Assembly (NCBI GenBank): GCA_947474065.1
Contig: CANJHD010000007.1
Span: forward strand, 2,365-66,364
Direction of reading: 5' to 3'
Source: Planctomycetaceae bacterium
GTDB taxonomy: Bacteria; Planctomycetota; Phycisphaerae; Phycisphaerales; SM1A02
Length of the DNA stretch: 64,000 nt
Both the position numbers and the translations under genes were made by a program. Every line of letters begins with the position of its first letter. The stretch's first letter is position 1. The notes beneath the pieces were generated by a model, which was given only the letters and a program-made list of their open reading frames with translations, was not told the origin of the DNA and ran no database searches. This document shows positions 19,414 through 28,669 of this stretch, piece by piece.

Positions 19414-20499
19414 ATGATTGTGCTGCATGTGATCGCCGGACCAGACATCGGTAAGCAACATGTGCTTCCGGATACCGAGCCACAACTCATTGGACGCAGC
19501 ACCGAGGCGCTGGGATCGATTGATCCAACCGTCAGCAGGCGCCATGCGGAACTGACGCCGTCTGCTGGTCATTGGCACATACGGGACTTGCGGAGTACGC
19601 AGGGAACCTGGGTGAATGGTCAGCGCATTGAAGCCCGCGTGCAATTGCGAGCAGGAGATGTCATTCGCTGTGGTGACACGCAGATGCGTGTTCAAACAAT
19701 GGAACCCGGCGCAGTAACGCCACTGGTAGCCGAAACAGATCCTGCTCGATTGCAGGCGATTGGCGAAACTGTTGCCACCATCAGCCACAGCGTGAAGAAC
19801 ATCCTGCAAGGTCTCCGCGGTGGTGCAGATGCGGTAGAGCTTGCGCTACGCCGTGGCGATGTAGAGATGGCGCGCGAAGGTTGGCCGATCGTTGCTCGAA
19901 ATCTTGATCGCATTTCTTGGCTCGTCATGAACATGCTTGCTTACGCGAAGGATCGCCCGCTGGAGATTGAAGAGACCGACATCGGAGCGGTAGTCCTTGA
20001 AGCGTGCGAGCTGATGAAATCAACTGCTGAGCGCCGCGGTGTTCTATTGACAACACAGATCGATGAGTCAATGCCGCCCGCGCCCATCGATGCGAATGCT
20101 GTCCATCAGGTACTTCTCAACTTGCTTGCAAACGCAGTAGAAGCTGCGCCAGATCGGAGCGGTCGCGTGACTGTGCGATGCTCACTTGATGGCGCGCGTG
20201 GTGTGTTCCGTATTGATGTCAATGACAATGGCGCAGGAGTGCCGACCGAACATCAGCCCCGCTTGTTTGAGGCATTTGCAAGCACAAAGGGCCAGCGCGG
20301 CACAGGGCTCGGACTTGCGGTGGCGCGCGCACTTGTTGAGCGGCACGACGGAACGCTGACCTACTCACCGATTGCGCCGCATGGAACACAGATGCGCGCA
20401 GAATTCCCAGCGGACCGCGGTGATCCAGACTCCGACCGCACCCGCGGACCAGTGCCCGGGAGCCCATCAGACACCGCATGGGACGCAGCAATCGAGTGA
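19414..20499 (+). CDS. FHA-domain-containing sensor histidine kinase (cytoplasmic)
   Basis: The N-terminal FHA domain has GR....I.DP.VSRRHAEL...W.IRDL.S..GT.VNG. It is followed by the H-box SHSVKN, N-box LLNLLANAVEA, G1 DNGAGVP and G2 GTGLGLAVA. GAGGA lies 9 nt upstream of ATG 19414. Confidence 0.8.
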   Translation: MIVLHVIAGPDIGKQHVLPDTEPQLIGRSTEALGSIDPTVSRRHAELTPSAGHWHIRDLRSTQGTWVNGQRIEARVQLRAGDVIRCGDTQMRVQTMEPGAVTPLVAETDPARLQAIGETVATISHSVKNILQGLRGGADAVELALRRGDVEMAREGWPIVARNLDRISWLVMNMLAYAKDRPLEIEETDIGAVVLEACELMKSTAERRGVLLTTQIDESMPPAPIDANAVHQVLLNLLANAVEAAPDRSGRVTVRCSLDGARGVFRIDVNDNGAGVPTEHQPRLFEAFASTKGQRGTGLGLAVARALVERHDGTLTYSPIAPHGTQMRAEFPADRGDPDSDRTRGPVPGSPSDTAWDAAIE

Positions 20500-20555
20500 G
20501 CTGCCCGTTGGCTCATGGTGATTGAGTGACTCCTCGACTCTGACAATTACTGAAC

Positions 20556-21743
20556 TCAGCCCGACAAGGGCGGCGCAAAGTCCTCGCTCTTAGCGCGACG
20601 AGCGAAATGATCCGCGCGCTCCAATGCACACGCGAGTGCCAATTCCACATCACCAACCACACTGCCAAGGGGCATCACCTCAATAAGTCCCGTGCTGCGC
20701 AGTGATTCAAATCGACGCGCGTCCACGCCGGCAATTACCAGCGCACGGCGAGAATGATGCAGGCGCTCGGCAACCGCGCGCAATTCAACGGCGCCATCAA
20801 AGTCCACATCATCAGCGTCACTCAAGTCCAAGATCGCGACATCGATTTCTGGATCCAGCGAGTCCACCCACAGTTGCATGTTGGGCAACCGATGCAATCC
20901 GCCTCTGTGTGAACCGCTGCATCGAAGCCTGAAATAGGCCACATTTCTCGGCAACTCCACTGCAGCACCCTCGGCAACCAGCGTCTCTGGCTCGAGGTCC
21001 GCAATCGGTCTCGAAAGGTCTTGATAAATAACCCACAGCAAGAAGCTGACTGGCGGAATCATCGCCCAACCATGAAGGCGAGGGACGATCATGGCTGCCA
21101 GCCCCGCGCCGAATGCAAAGCTACCGACAATGCTCACTAGTAACACAATCCGATGTCTGTGCGACATTCCGGCTGGAGTCTCGGTGCTTCGCTTGCGGTG
21201 CGGCTCGTGTCGCGAAAGTATGTGCGCAAGTTCCAGACCAAGGTCAGTGATGACGCCCGTGACGTGGGTCGTGCGCACTACGCCGCCAGAGATGCGAGTG
21301 ATTGTGGCATTCTGAAGACCCATAGCAAAGCAGGCGACCGCGGTCGACGCGAACATCGGCGAAGCGACCATCACGATTCCATCTCCATCATGGAAGCGGG
21401 CATGGCGCGCAACAAGGAGACCGAATCCGATCAGCGCGATAGTCTCGATTGCCATTGGGAACACATAGATTGATTTCCAACCGCGCACGCGCGCCGCGTC
21501 CGTTGAAATGCCAGATACCAGCGCACCAGCGAGGAACCAGGTTAGCAACCAGCCAGCAAGGGCCAAGAGCGACAAACGACCATCGCCAACATCGCGCCCA
21601 AATCCAGCGGCAATCCCACTGACGTGTGAAACAGCCGTCCCGCAAGTAATCAGTCCAACGATATTTGTGTATCCCGATACCCACGCCAACGTGATCGCGA
21701 GGCGTGTTTGCTGGCGGAAAGAATGGGCTTGAGCGACGAGCAC
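20556..21743 (-). CDS. YoaK/DUF1275-family membrane protein fused to a C-terminal STAS-like domain
   Basis: Six TM helices with the MGLQNA....RTTHVTG DUF1275 signature. The C-terminal roughly 120 aa resemble a STAS/anti-sigma-antagonist fold (VAILDLS.....D..A...L......H..RRALVIAGV). Confidence 0.7.
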   Translation of the reverse strand: MLVAQAHSFRQQTRLAITLAWVSGYTNIVGLITCGTAVSHVSGIAAGFGRDVGDGRLSLLALAGWLLTWFLAGALVSGISTDAARVRGWKSIYVFPMAIETIALIGFGLLVARHARFHDGDGIVMVASPMFASTAVACFAMGLQNATITRISGGVVRTTHVTGVITDLGLELAHILSRHEPHRKRSTETPAGMSHRHRIVLLVSIVGSFAFGAGLAAMIVPRLHGWAMIPPVSFLLWVIYQDLSRPIADLEPETLVAEGAAVELPRNVAYFRLRCSGSHRGGLHRLPNMQLWVDSLDPEIDVAILDLSDADDVDFDGAVELRAVAERLHHSRRALVIAGVDARRFESLRSTGLIEVMPLGSVVGDVELALACALERADHFARRAKSEDFAPPLSG

Positions 21744-21757
21744 GGTCGGCGGTTACC

Positions 21758-22795
21758 TCACCGGGATGCGAAGTCAGCAGCAGCAGTCGGCACTGTTTCC
21801 ACGATGTTTGTGACAATCTCGTCGGCGCCGCGCCCTTCGGCCTCCGCCTCGAAATTGAGCAACACGCGGTGGCGCAGAGCGGGAAGCGCTACTGCCTTGA
21901 TGTCCTCTGCCGCAACCGTGGCGCGACCGGCCAACAACGCCTTCACCTTGGCACCGAGCACCATCGTCTGTGCGGCGCGCGGACTTGCCCCGAAACGCAA
22001 GAACTGATTCACAAGCGGCGTTGCGAACTGACCCCGCGGATGCGTAGCCAACACCACCCGTACCGCGTAATCCTGCACGGCGTCGGAAATCCGCACGGCG
22101 CGCACTAGTTTTTGGTGGCGAATGATGGTTTCCGCGTCAATGACTTTCTGCGGTTCATCAATAGTTCCTGCAGTAGTACGCGCCAGAATTTCTCGCAAAT
22201 CAGCGCGTGTTGAGTAGCCAACCTCAAGCTTAAAGAAGAATCGGTCGAGCTGCGCTTCGGGCAGTGGGTAGGTGCCCTCTTGCTCGATTGGATTCTGCGT
22301 TGCCATCACAAAGAACGGCTTGTCGAGTTGATGGGTAGTGCCACCAACAGTCACACTGCGTTCCTGCATTGCTTCAAGCATCGCGCTCTGCGTCTTCGGT
22401 GTAGCGCGATTGATTTCATCTGCAAGCACAATTTGCGCGAACAGTGGACCCTTACGAAACTGGAAATCACGACCGGACGGTGTTTCCACCACGATGGTCG
22501 TACCAGTGACATCGGCCGGCATGAGATCGGGCGTGAACTGGATGCGGCCAAACTTTAATTGCAGCGCCTGCGCGAGGCTACGAATTAACAGCGTCTTGCC
22601 GAGTCCGGGTACGCCCTCAAGCAGCGCATGCCCGCCGGCAAAGAGGCACACCAGAATGCCGTCGATGATTTCTTCGTGACCGACGATGGCCTTTTGCACC
22701 TCTTTCTTTACGCGATCATGGTCGGCGCGGAAAGTAGCGATGAGAGCTTCGGTTTGTTGTGGGTCGGCCATGGGATTCTCTGTAGACCTACACAT
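21758..22795 (-). CDS. MoxR-family AAA+ ATPase
   Basis: HALLEGVPGLGKT Walker A, VLADEINRA Walker B and ATQNPIEQEGTYPLPEAQLDRF, the canonical MoxR signature. Confidence 0.9.
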   Translation of the reverse strand: MCRSTENPMADPQQTEALIATFRADHDRVKKEVQKAIVGHEEIIDGILVCLFAGGHALLEGVPGLGKTLLIRSLAQALQLKFGRIQFTPDLMPADVTGTTIVVETPSGRDFQFRKGPLFAQIVLADEINRATPKTQSAMLEAMQERSVTVGGTTHQLDKPFFVMATQNPIEQEGTYPLPEAQLDRFFFKLEVGYSTRADLREILARTTAGTIDEPQKVIDAETIIRHQKLVRAVRISDAVQDYAVRVVLATHPRGQFATPLVNQFLRFGASPRAAQTMVLGAKVKALLAGRATVAAEDIKAVALPALRHRVLLNFEAEAEGRGADEIVTNIVETVPTAAADFASR

Positions 22796-23048
22796 CGTAA
22801 GCCCGGGGGGCGATCAACGATGTTCCTTTGGAATATGCGGACGAAAGTGCCGCTGGCGGGGTGGCGCGCAACTACGCTCCCCGCTGGCCGCTCAGTGCGC
22901 GGCTCTTTGGACTTTGGAGGAATGCGGTCAAATTCCGCAGCGAATGCGTCACCGTAGGCCGTACCCGCGTGGGTTCGAGCGAGCCGGGTCGACCGAAGTC
23001 CGAATGAAACGTCGATTTCCTGCGCACATCAGGAATGAAGGATCGCGA

Positions 23049-23576
23049 ATGCTTTCGAAGCACCGGACATTGTCCATCGCTGCGTCACTCGCAGCAGTCG
23101 TTCTTACTCAGTCAAACGCCGTTGCGGGGCTCGTCGCCAACTATCAGGTCGGCACGGGAGCGAACGCGTCTGCCATACAAGTGGATTTCAGCAACGGCAA
23201 CGCCTATGAGATCACCATCCACTGGGACACACCGCTCAACGGGTTCGATGGTCTGCTGACGGCAACGCAGTCCATAAGCGGCGCATCGATTGTGTACGAC
23301 GTCTACTCATTCGGTAACTTTGTGACAGGCATCAACCTTGGCGCCGACTACGAATACGGCAACGGCGATCTCTGGCCCGTCGAGAACTACTGGCACTACT
23401 GGACACAGGTCAACGGCGCATGGGAGATGGCCATGTTCGGTGCAACTGATCGAATGCTCAGTAACGGTAGCGCGGACGCTTGGGTGTTCGGTTCGAGCGA
23501 CGCACCGCAGACCGTGCCAGGGCCGGGCTTGGCAGTCTTTGCGCTCTTGATGTTGCGCCGCCGCGACCGCCACTGA
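23049..23576 (+). CDS. small secreted protein with C-terminal PEP-CTERM-type sorting signal
   Basis: Signal peptide MLSKHRTLSIAASLAAVVLTQSNAVA. The C-terminus VPGPGLAVFALLMLRRRDRH gives a P-x-P motif, a hydrophobic helix and a basic tail. GAAGGA lies 7 nt upstream. The ORF is open from 22686 without coding support. Confidence 0.65.
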   Translation: MLSKHRTLSIAASLAAVVLTQSNAVAGLVANYQVGTGANASAIQVDFSNGNAYEITIHWDTPLNGFDGLLTATQSISGASIVYDVYSFGNFVTGINLGADYEYGNGDLWPVENYWHYWTQVNGAWEMAMFGATDRMLSNGSADAWVFGSSDAPQTVPGPGLAVFALLMLRRRDRH

Positions 23577-23609
23577 GAGGCGCGGCTACTACGCGTTCAC
23601 GCGTTACTA

Positions 23610-23648
23610 CGAAAGAAACTGCCCGCGCCGTCAGGACGGCGCGGGCAG
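23610..23648 (-). terminator. intrinsic terminator of the clpP operon
   Basis: Perfect 13-bp GC-rich stem (23619-23631 pairs with 23636-23648) with a 4-nt loop, followed on the minus strand by tttctttcg. Confidence 0.6.
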
Positions 23649-23678
23649 TAATTCGTGACACCTTATCCAGGAACGGAT

Positions 23679-24275
23679 TTACTTCCCGGGCAACCGATCG
23701 AGGACCTTGTCGATCAGCCCATAAGCGAGCATTTCCGGGGCATTCAGCCACTTATCGCGGTCACAGTCATTGTGAATAGTCTCGCGAGTCTGCCCAGTGT
23801 TGTCGCTGTAAAGCGAGTACAGCTTGTCACGCAGGCGCAAGATGTGTTTCGCATGGATCTCAAGATCCGTTGCCTGCCCCTCGATGACTCCGCCAATCAA
23901 TGGCTGGTGCATCAGATTCTCAGCATGCGGCAGCGCGAAGCGACGACCCTTGGTGCCGCTGCAAGCGATCACACTGCCCATACTGGCAGCCTGCCCAATG
24001 ATGTATGTCGCCACTGGGCATGGCACAAATCGCATGGTGTCAACAATTCCAAGACCAGCGCTAACGCTGCCACCTGGACTATTGACATACATGCTGACCT
24101 CCGCCTTCGGATCCTCATTAGCAAGGAACAGAAGCTGCGCCACCACCAAATTCGCCATCGTGTCCGAGACGCCGCCGCCTAGGAAGATGATGCGATCATT
24201 CAGGAGGCGACTATAGATGTCGTAGGCGCGCTCGCCGCGACCGGTTTTTTCAATGACGATGGGGATCAATGTCAT
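23679..24275 (-). CDS. clpP: ATP-dependent Clp protease proteolytic subunit (canonical paralog)
   Basis: [14 protein letters not shown]-terminus, with Ser (GQAASMG), His (MHQP) and Asp (DCDRDKW) of the triad all present. Confidence 0.9.
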   Translation of the reverse strand: MTLIPIVIEKTGRGERAYDIYSRLLNDRIIFLGGGVSDTMANLVVAQLLFLANEDPKAEVSMYVNSPGGSVSAGLGIVDTMRFVPCPVATYIIGQAASMGSVIACSGTKGRRFALPHAENLMHQPLIGGVIEGQATDLEIHAKHILRLRDKLYSLYSDNTGQTRETIHNDCDRDKWLNAPEMLAYGLIDKVLDRLPGK

Positions 24276-24293
24276 GGTGTTCGTATTCCTATC

Positions 24294-25067
24294 TCACTGC
24301 GCCGGATGCGGCGCCACAGGCATGCGTTCGATGATTCGGTCAATGAGTCCGTACTCAAGCATTTCTTGGGAATTGAGCCACATATCGCGCTCGCAATCGG
24401 CGGCGATCTTCTCCATGGAGTGGCCAGTTGCCTCGGCATAGAGATTGTTGCAAACATCTTCAATGCGCTGCATCTGCCGTGCGAAGATCTCGAGGTCAGT
24501 TGCCTGACCCTCAAATCCGCCAATGCGACCTTGATGGACCAAGTTCTCCGCGTTGCGCAATGCAAAGCGACGACCCTTTGCCCCACAACAGGCGATCACA
24601 CTGGCCATACTCGCGGCTTGGCCGACGATAAACGTCGATACCGGGCAGGTCACCGAACGCATCGTGTCAATGATTGCCAGCCCGTCGGAGATTGATCCAC
24701 CGGGGCTGTTGATGTACATGCTGATCTCAGCAGTGGGATCTTCGTTCCAAAGGAACAACAGTTGTGCCGTGACCACCTGCGCGAGCGGGCGAGAAATTGG
24801 CGCACCCACAAAGATGACGCGATCACGCAGAAGCCGACTGTAGAGGTCTACTAATTCCTCGCTCTTGCCACGCTTGTCGACCACGAGCGGCACCGAAATC
24901 CAGCGCGGCTCATCGTCATCATCTTCGTCGCGGCGAGGATCAGCGCCTGGATCAGCATGATTCGAGGTAATCGACCACACATCCGAGAGCCACTCCGCAC
25001 TCGAAGAGATCGGGCTAGCCAACATCGGCGTGGCGGACATTAAGTTGAGCAACTCCGCTCGCGTCAA
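24294..25067 (-). CDS. clpP: ClpP paralog with an acidic N-terminal extension of about 70 aa
   Basis: GQAASMA, VHQG and DCERDMW triad positions are present. The extension contains DPRRDEDDDDEPRW. TTG at 25067 overlaps the upstream stop (TTGA). An alternative ATG lies at 25040. Confidence 0.85.
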   Translation of the reverse strand: MTRAELLNLMSATPMLASPISSSAEWLSDVWSITSNHADPGADPRRDEDDDDEPRWISVPLVVDKRGKSEELVDLYSRLLRDRVIFVGAPISRPLAQVVTAQLLFLWNEDPTAEISMYINSPGGSISDGLAIIDTMRSVTCPVSTFIVGQAASMASVIACCGAKGRRFALRNAENLVHQGRIGGFEGQATDLEIFARQMQRIEDVCNNLYAEATGHSMEKIAADCERDMWLNSQEMLEYGLIDRIIERMPVAPHPAQ

Positions 25068-25759
25068 CGCTTGCCCTTCTCTGGGAAGGTCGCCACTTCG
25101 TCAACCAAACCGTAGGCCTTGGCCTCTTCTGCATTGAAATACTTATCGCGCTCAGCATCCTTGGTCACCGTCTCAACAGGCTGACCAGTGTGCTTGGCAA
25201 GAATCTCATTCAGCTGACGCTTCATCTTGAGAATCATTTCGGCCTGGATCTGAATGTCCGAGGTCTGGCCGTACACGCCGCCGTGTGGCTGGTGAATCAT
25301 CACCTTGGCATGCGGCAGAATGATGCGCTTGCCCTTCTGACCAACGGCCAAGAGCACTGCTCCGCCGGAATACGCGCGACCGATGCAATAGGTGCCCACC
25401 TCGCTGGAGATGAACTGCATGGTGTCGTAAATGGCGAGCGTGTCATCAACAGCTCCGCCGGGACTATTGATATAGAAGTTGATGTCTTGGCCACGCTTCT
25501 GGCTTTCCAAGTACAGCATCTGCATCATCACCCGCGCCGCGGAGGCGTGATTGATTTCGCCGATAAGGAAGACCACCCGATTCTCCAAGAGGAGTTCATC
25601 GATGGTCATCTCGCGGGTGCGCTGGTAGGAAGTGCTAGCGAGGGTCTCCGGGCGAATCATGTCTCGACCGATACCAGCTGCTGCCAGCGTGTTCGGTGAA
25701 GCCATCATTCCGCCATGGATGCCGTTTGGGTAGTGGCCGGTCGGGAGGTTCAGTTGCAT
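25064..25759 (-). CDS. clpP: divergent ClpP paralog with an N-terminal extension of about 45 aa
   Basis: YINSPGG, GRAYSGG (Ser retained), MIHQP and DAERDKY motifs. The N-terminal gating region is not canonical. Confidence 0.8.
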   Translation of the reverse strand: MQLNLPTGHYPNGIHGGMMASPNTLAAAGIGRDMIRPETLASTSYQRTREMTIDELLLENRVVFLIGEINHASAARVMMQMLYLESQKRGQDINFYINSPGGAVDDTLAIYDTMQFISSEVGTYCIGRAYSGGAVLLAVGQKGKRIILPHAKVMIHQPHGGVYGQTSDIQIQAEMILKMKRQLNEILAKHTGQPVETVTKDAERDKYFNAEEAKAYGLVDEVATFPEKGKR

Positions 25760-25934
25760 GCGATCCTCAATATGGAACCCGAGGGAATCCGCGGGGGACG
25801 GGAATCATAGTCCGCGTCCGGGGGCTACATCGGCGATTCGGGGGCGCAACATGCATCTCTCCGGGCAGATCTGGGCACCAATTGAATGACCCCGGCCCGC
25901 ATGCACCGATCCGGGGGGAACTTACGATGCGAGG

Positions 25935-27179
25935 ATGCACAGCGAAGCCACCACCGGCGGAATATTTACCGCAACCATCGCCGCGATCACGCTGGCGATC
26001 GGTCTGTCAGCGACAAACCCCGCGTGGTGCCAAGATCCATCGTTGACCCCACCCAACTCGGCTGAACCGCGGCCGGTGAAACCTGCTGCCGCGCCGGTCG
26101 CTCAGAAGTCCGCATCACCATCGACGATTCCTGCAAATCCAACGCCCGCGACAAAGGCAACTCCTGCGGTACCTCCGGCGCCTGCAGCGGCCACTGTCGC
26201 AACACCCAATCCAACGCCTTCTGCAGCGGCAGTGACTCCGACCGCCGCGGGACCAGCCCCAACGTCTGCACCGACCGCACCCGTACCTCCACCCGCTTCC
26301 GAAGCCGCCGCCTCGCCGCCTGTGGTGATTGAGCGCGGCGATGATCACCCTGCCCGCTCCGCTGGCATTGGCTACATCCACCAATTCAGTGCTGATGTCG
26401 GGGACAACGCCAGTATGGGAGCTGATCGTTTCTATGGAAGCTTTTCATCGCGCGTCTACAGTTCCGACGATCTCAATGTCACCGTTGCTATGGGTTATGA
26501 ATACGACTGGTATCACTGGAGCGGCGTCTCCGAACTCGGCGTTTCGGATCCATTCGGCAGCGTGAACCTCTTCGGTCTACAGGCGCGCGGCAGCTTTAAA
26601 GTGGCAGACGAATGGACGGCATCGCTCGGTGGCATCTTCGCTATCGCCGGCGAATCCGATGCCGACGCCGGAGACAGTTTGTATGGCGGGGGGATCGCCA
26701 GCATTGCTTGGACTCCAACAGCAAACATGATGCTCGGTATCGGCGTCCTCGGCGTGACACAGATCGAGAATGACCCGATCATCATCCCGATCCCCGTGCT
26801 GCACTGGCACTTTGCCGATGATTGGCTGCTTTCCACCATTCGTCGCCCACCAGCGAGCCCGTTCGTTGGCGTCGATGTTGCCTGGGAACCCGAAGGCTCC
26901 AAGATGGATGTTGCCTTCGGAATTGGCTGGCAATTGCGCCGATTCCGCCTCGGAACAAATAGCGATCCCACTATTAATAATGGCGTCGGCGAGGACCAAA
27001 GTTGGGCCGCATTCGTCACCGTTGGCTACGACTTCACGCCCACCTGTCGCGTCGACATGCTTGTTGGAACAACGTTCTACGAGCAGTTGCAAGTCGAAAC
27101 GTCCAACGGCTCAAATGCCCGCAGCACCACCGTTGATCCCAACGCACTGCTCGGCGCATTTCTCACTGTGACTTTCTGA
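25935..27179 (+). CDS. putative outer-membrane beta-barrel protein with a Pro/Ala/Thr-rich N-terminal linker
   Basis: Signal peptide and an approximately 110-aa PA-rich region. The following roughly 270 aa have alternating hydrophobic beta-strand patterns and end in a terminal Phe (LTVTF), as OMPs typically do. Confidence 0.5.
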   Translation: MHSEATTGGIFTATIAAITLAIGLSATNPAWCQDPSLTPPNSAEPRPVKPAAAPVAQKSASPSTIPANPTPATKATPAVPPAPAAATVATPNPTPSAAAVTPTAAGPAPTSAPTAPVPPPASEAAASPPVVIERGDDHPARSAGIGYIHQFSADVGDNASMGADRFYGSFSSRVYSSDDLNVTVAMGYEYDWYHWSGVSELGVSDPFGSVNLFGLQARGSFKVADEWTASLGGIFAIAGESDADAGDSLYGGGIASIAWTPTANMMLGIGVLGVTQIENDPIIIPIPVLHWHFADDWLLSTIRRPPASPFVGVDVAWEPEGSKMDVAFGIGWQLRRFRLGTNSDPTINNGVGEDQSWAAFVTVGYDFTPTCRVDMLVGTTFYEQLQVETSNGSNARSTTVDPNALLGAFLTVTF

Positions 27180-27190
27180 TTCGCGCCCAT

Positions 27191-28669
27191 TCACGCCTCG
27201 CATATCTCTCCGCGATCAACAAACGCGAGGACTGCGCTGACCGCGTCAGGAGCGAGGTCAAACATGGCCGCAAGCGCGCGGCGGTACCCCTCCATCTGCA
27301 ATCGATAGGGCGCGATCCGTTCTTGGAATTCCGCCCCGCGTAAATCACGCGCGCCGGTCTTCCAATCGACCACCTCAGCACGCACCACGCGTCCACCCTG
27401 CATGCCGAGCACAACGCGATCCATACGCCCGCGCTGAATACGACCATCAATCTGCACTACAAACGGCATCTCGCTCCGTACCGCAAGTGCATCGCAACGC
27501 CACGACGCGTACCGCGCCGGTCGCAAGCATTCACCAAGCGGACCCTGCGCAGCGGACATCACCAAGGCGCGCACCGATGCGCCCAAGACCGCATCAACTG
27601 GTCGTCCAATCTCTACTGCTACCGCACGCAAGACCTGCAGCTCCGATCTTGGGTCGATACCGTCAGCACCCAGCCATTCCACATGCTCAAACCATGCGTG
27701 AGCGAGCGAGCCCCGCGCGCCGTCATCGGCACCGGTGAACTCCGCCTCAAAGAGCGGAACGCCACCTGCACCAAGGCGCTCATGCGAACTCGGCGCGGGA
27801 CCACCGCGTGCACCCGGGCGCGCAATGCGCTCCACCGCGGGCACGGGCGACACTGCAAGAACTTCCGCCCGCGCGGGTGGTGAAGTGCCTTGGTCGTGCA
27901 CCGCAACTTCACCGCGTACTGCATCTGCACCGCGCTCCCAGAATCGTTCATTGACTATCTTCGTTGCTCGCAGCGCTGCTTCAAATTCCGGGAACGCCAA
28001 TCGCATGATCCGCGTTCCACTCAGACGCATGGTGTCTGAAACTGTCGGCGGCGCGCACACCAAGTGCAGCGCCTCACGAGCGCGGGTGACACCCACATAG
28101 AAGGACGACACATCGTCAAAGATACGCCCCACTTCCGCCTCGCGACGGAATGCCTCGAGGATCGGGGAGTACTCCATGATTGGACCTGCCAGCACTGGAG
28201 CAATGGCGATCGGTGCCTGCGTTGGATCAGGCGCAAGTACAGACCACTTACCAGCGCCGCCATCAACAGTACCCATCGCGCGGTCCATGCTGCCAAGGAC
28301 TACCTCGTCAAACTCAAGACCTTTGCTTGCGTGGATCGTCATAACGCGAACACGCTCGCTGGCCGCAGCGCGCACCCCGCGCGATTCAACACTCCGTACA
28401 AAGTGCCCGGGCCGAGCAACATCCGCCGCGTCGGCGTCATGAGCCATCGCCGAAAGTTGGCTCAGACGCTGCAAATCACGCGCTGAACACACTGACCGAA
28501 GTCGTTCAATCGTCCGATCAATCCAGTCAGGCAATCCATCCGCGTGCAAAGCGCGACGCACATGCGCCGAGATACGGTCCGCCTCACTGCGTTGCGCAGC
28601 GCCCCGCCAAATGTTTCCATCGCCGCAAAGCCCAAGATGGAAGCCACCGGCTCGCGACTGACTATCCAA
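27191..28669 (-). CDS. addA: AddA-like helicase-nuclease, C-terminal fragment (helicase 2A C-terminal part plus PD-(D/E)xK nuclease)
   Basis: VMTIHASKGLEFDEVVL and YVGVTRAR helicase motifs, plus the C-terminal nuclease motif GRMDRVVL....EVVDWKTG. It overlaps the N-terminal fragment by 208 nt in another frame. The first non-overlapping Met is at 28447. Confidence 0.7.
   Translation of the reverse strand: MDSQSRAGGFHLGLCGDGNIWRGAAQRSEADRISAHVRRALHADGLPDWIDRTIERLRSVCSARDLQRLSQLSAMAHDADAADVARPGHFVRSVESRGVRAAASERVRVMTIHASKGLEFDEVVLGSMDRAMGTVDGGAGKWSVLAPDPTQAPIAIAPVLAGPIMEYSPILEAFRREAEVGRIFDDVSSFYVGVTRAREALHLVCAPPTVSDTMRLSGTRIMRLAFPEFEAALRATKIVNERFWERGADAVRGEVAVHDQGTSPPARAEVLAVSPVPAVERIARPGARGGPAPSSHERLGAGGVPLFEAEFTGADDGARGSLAHAWFEHVEWLGADGIDPRSELQVLRAVAVEIGRPVDAVLGASVRALVMSAAQGPLGECLRPARYASWRCDALAVRSEMPFVVQIDGRIQRGRMDRVVLGMQGGRVVRAEVVDWKTGARDLRGAEFQERIAPYRLQMEGYRRALAAMFDLAPDAVSAVLAFVDRGEICEA

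Noticed and set aside
22686-23048. A long open frame upstream of the PEP-CTERM gene gives a 296-aa version that overlaps the moxR start on the opposite strand.
   Set aside because: The upstream 120 residues are Cys/Arg/Trp-rich with no signal peptide. A canonical signal peptide and ribosome-binding site appear only at 23049.
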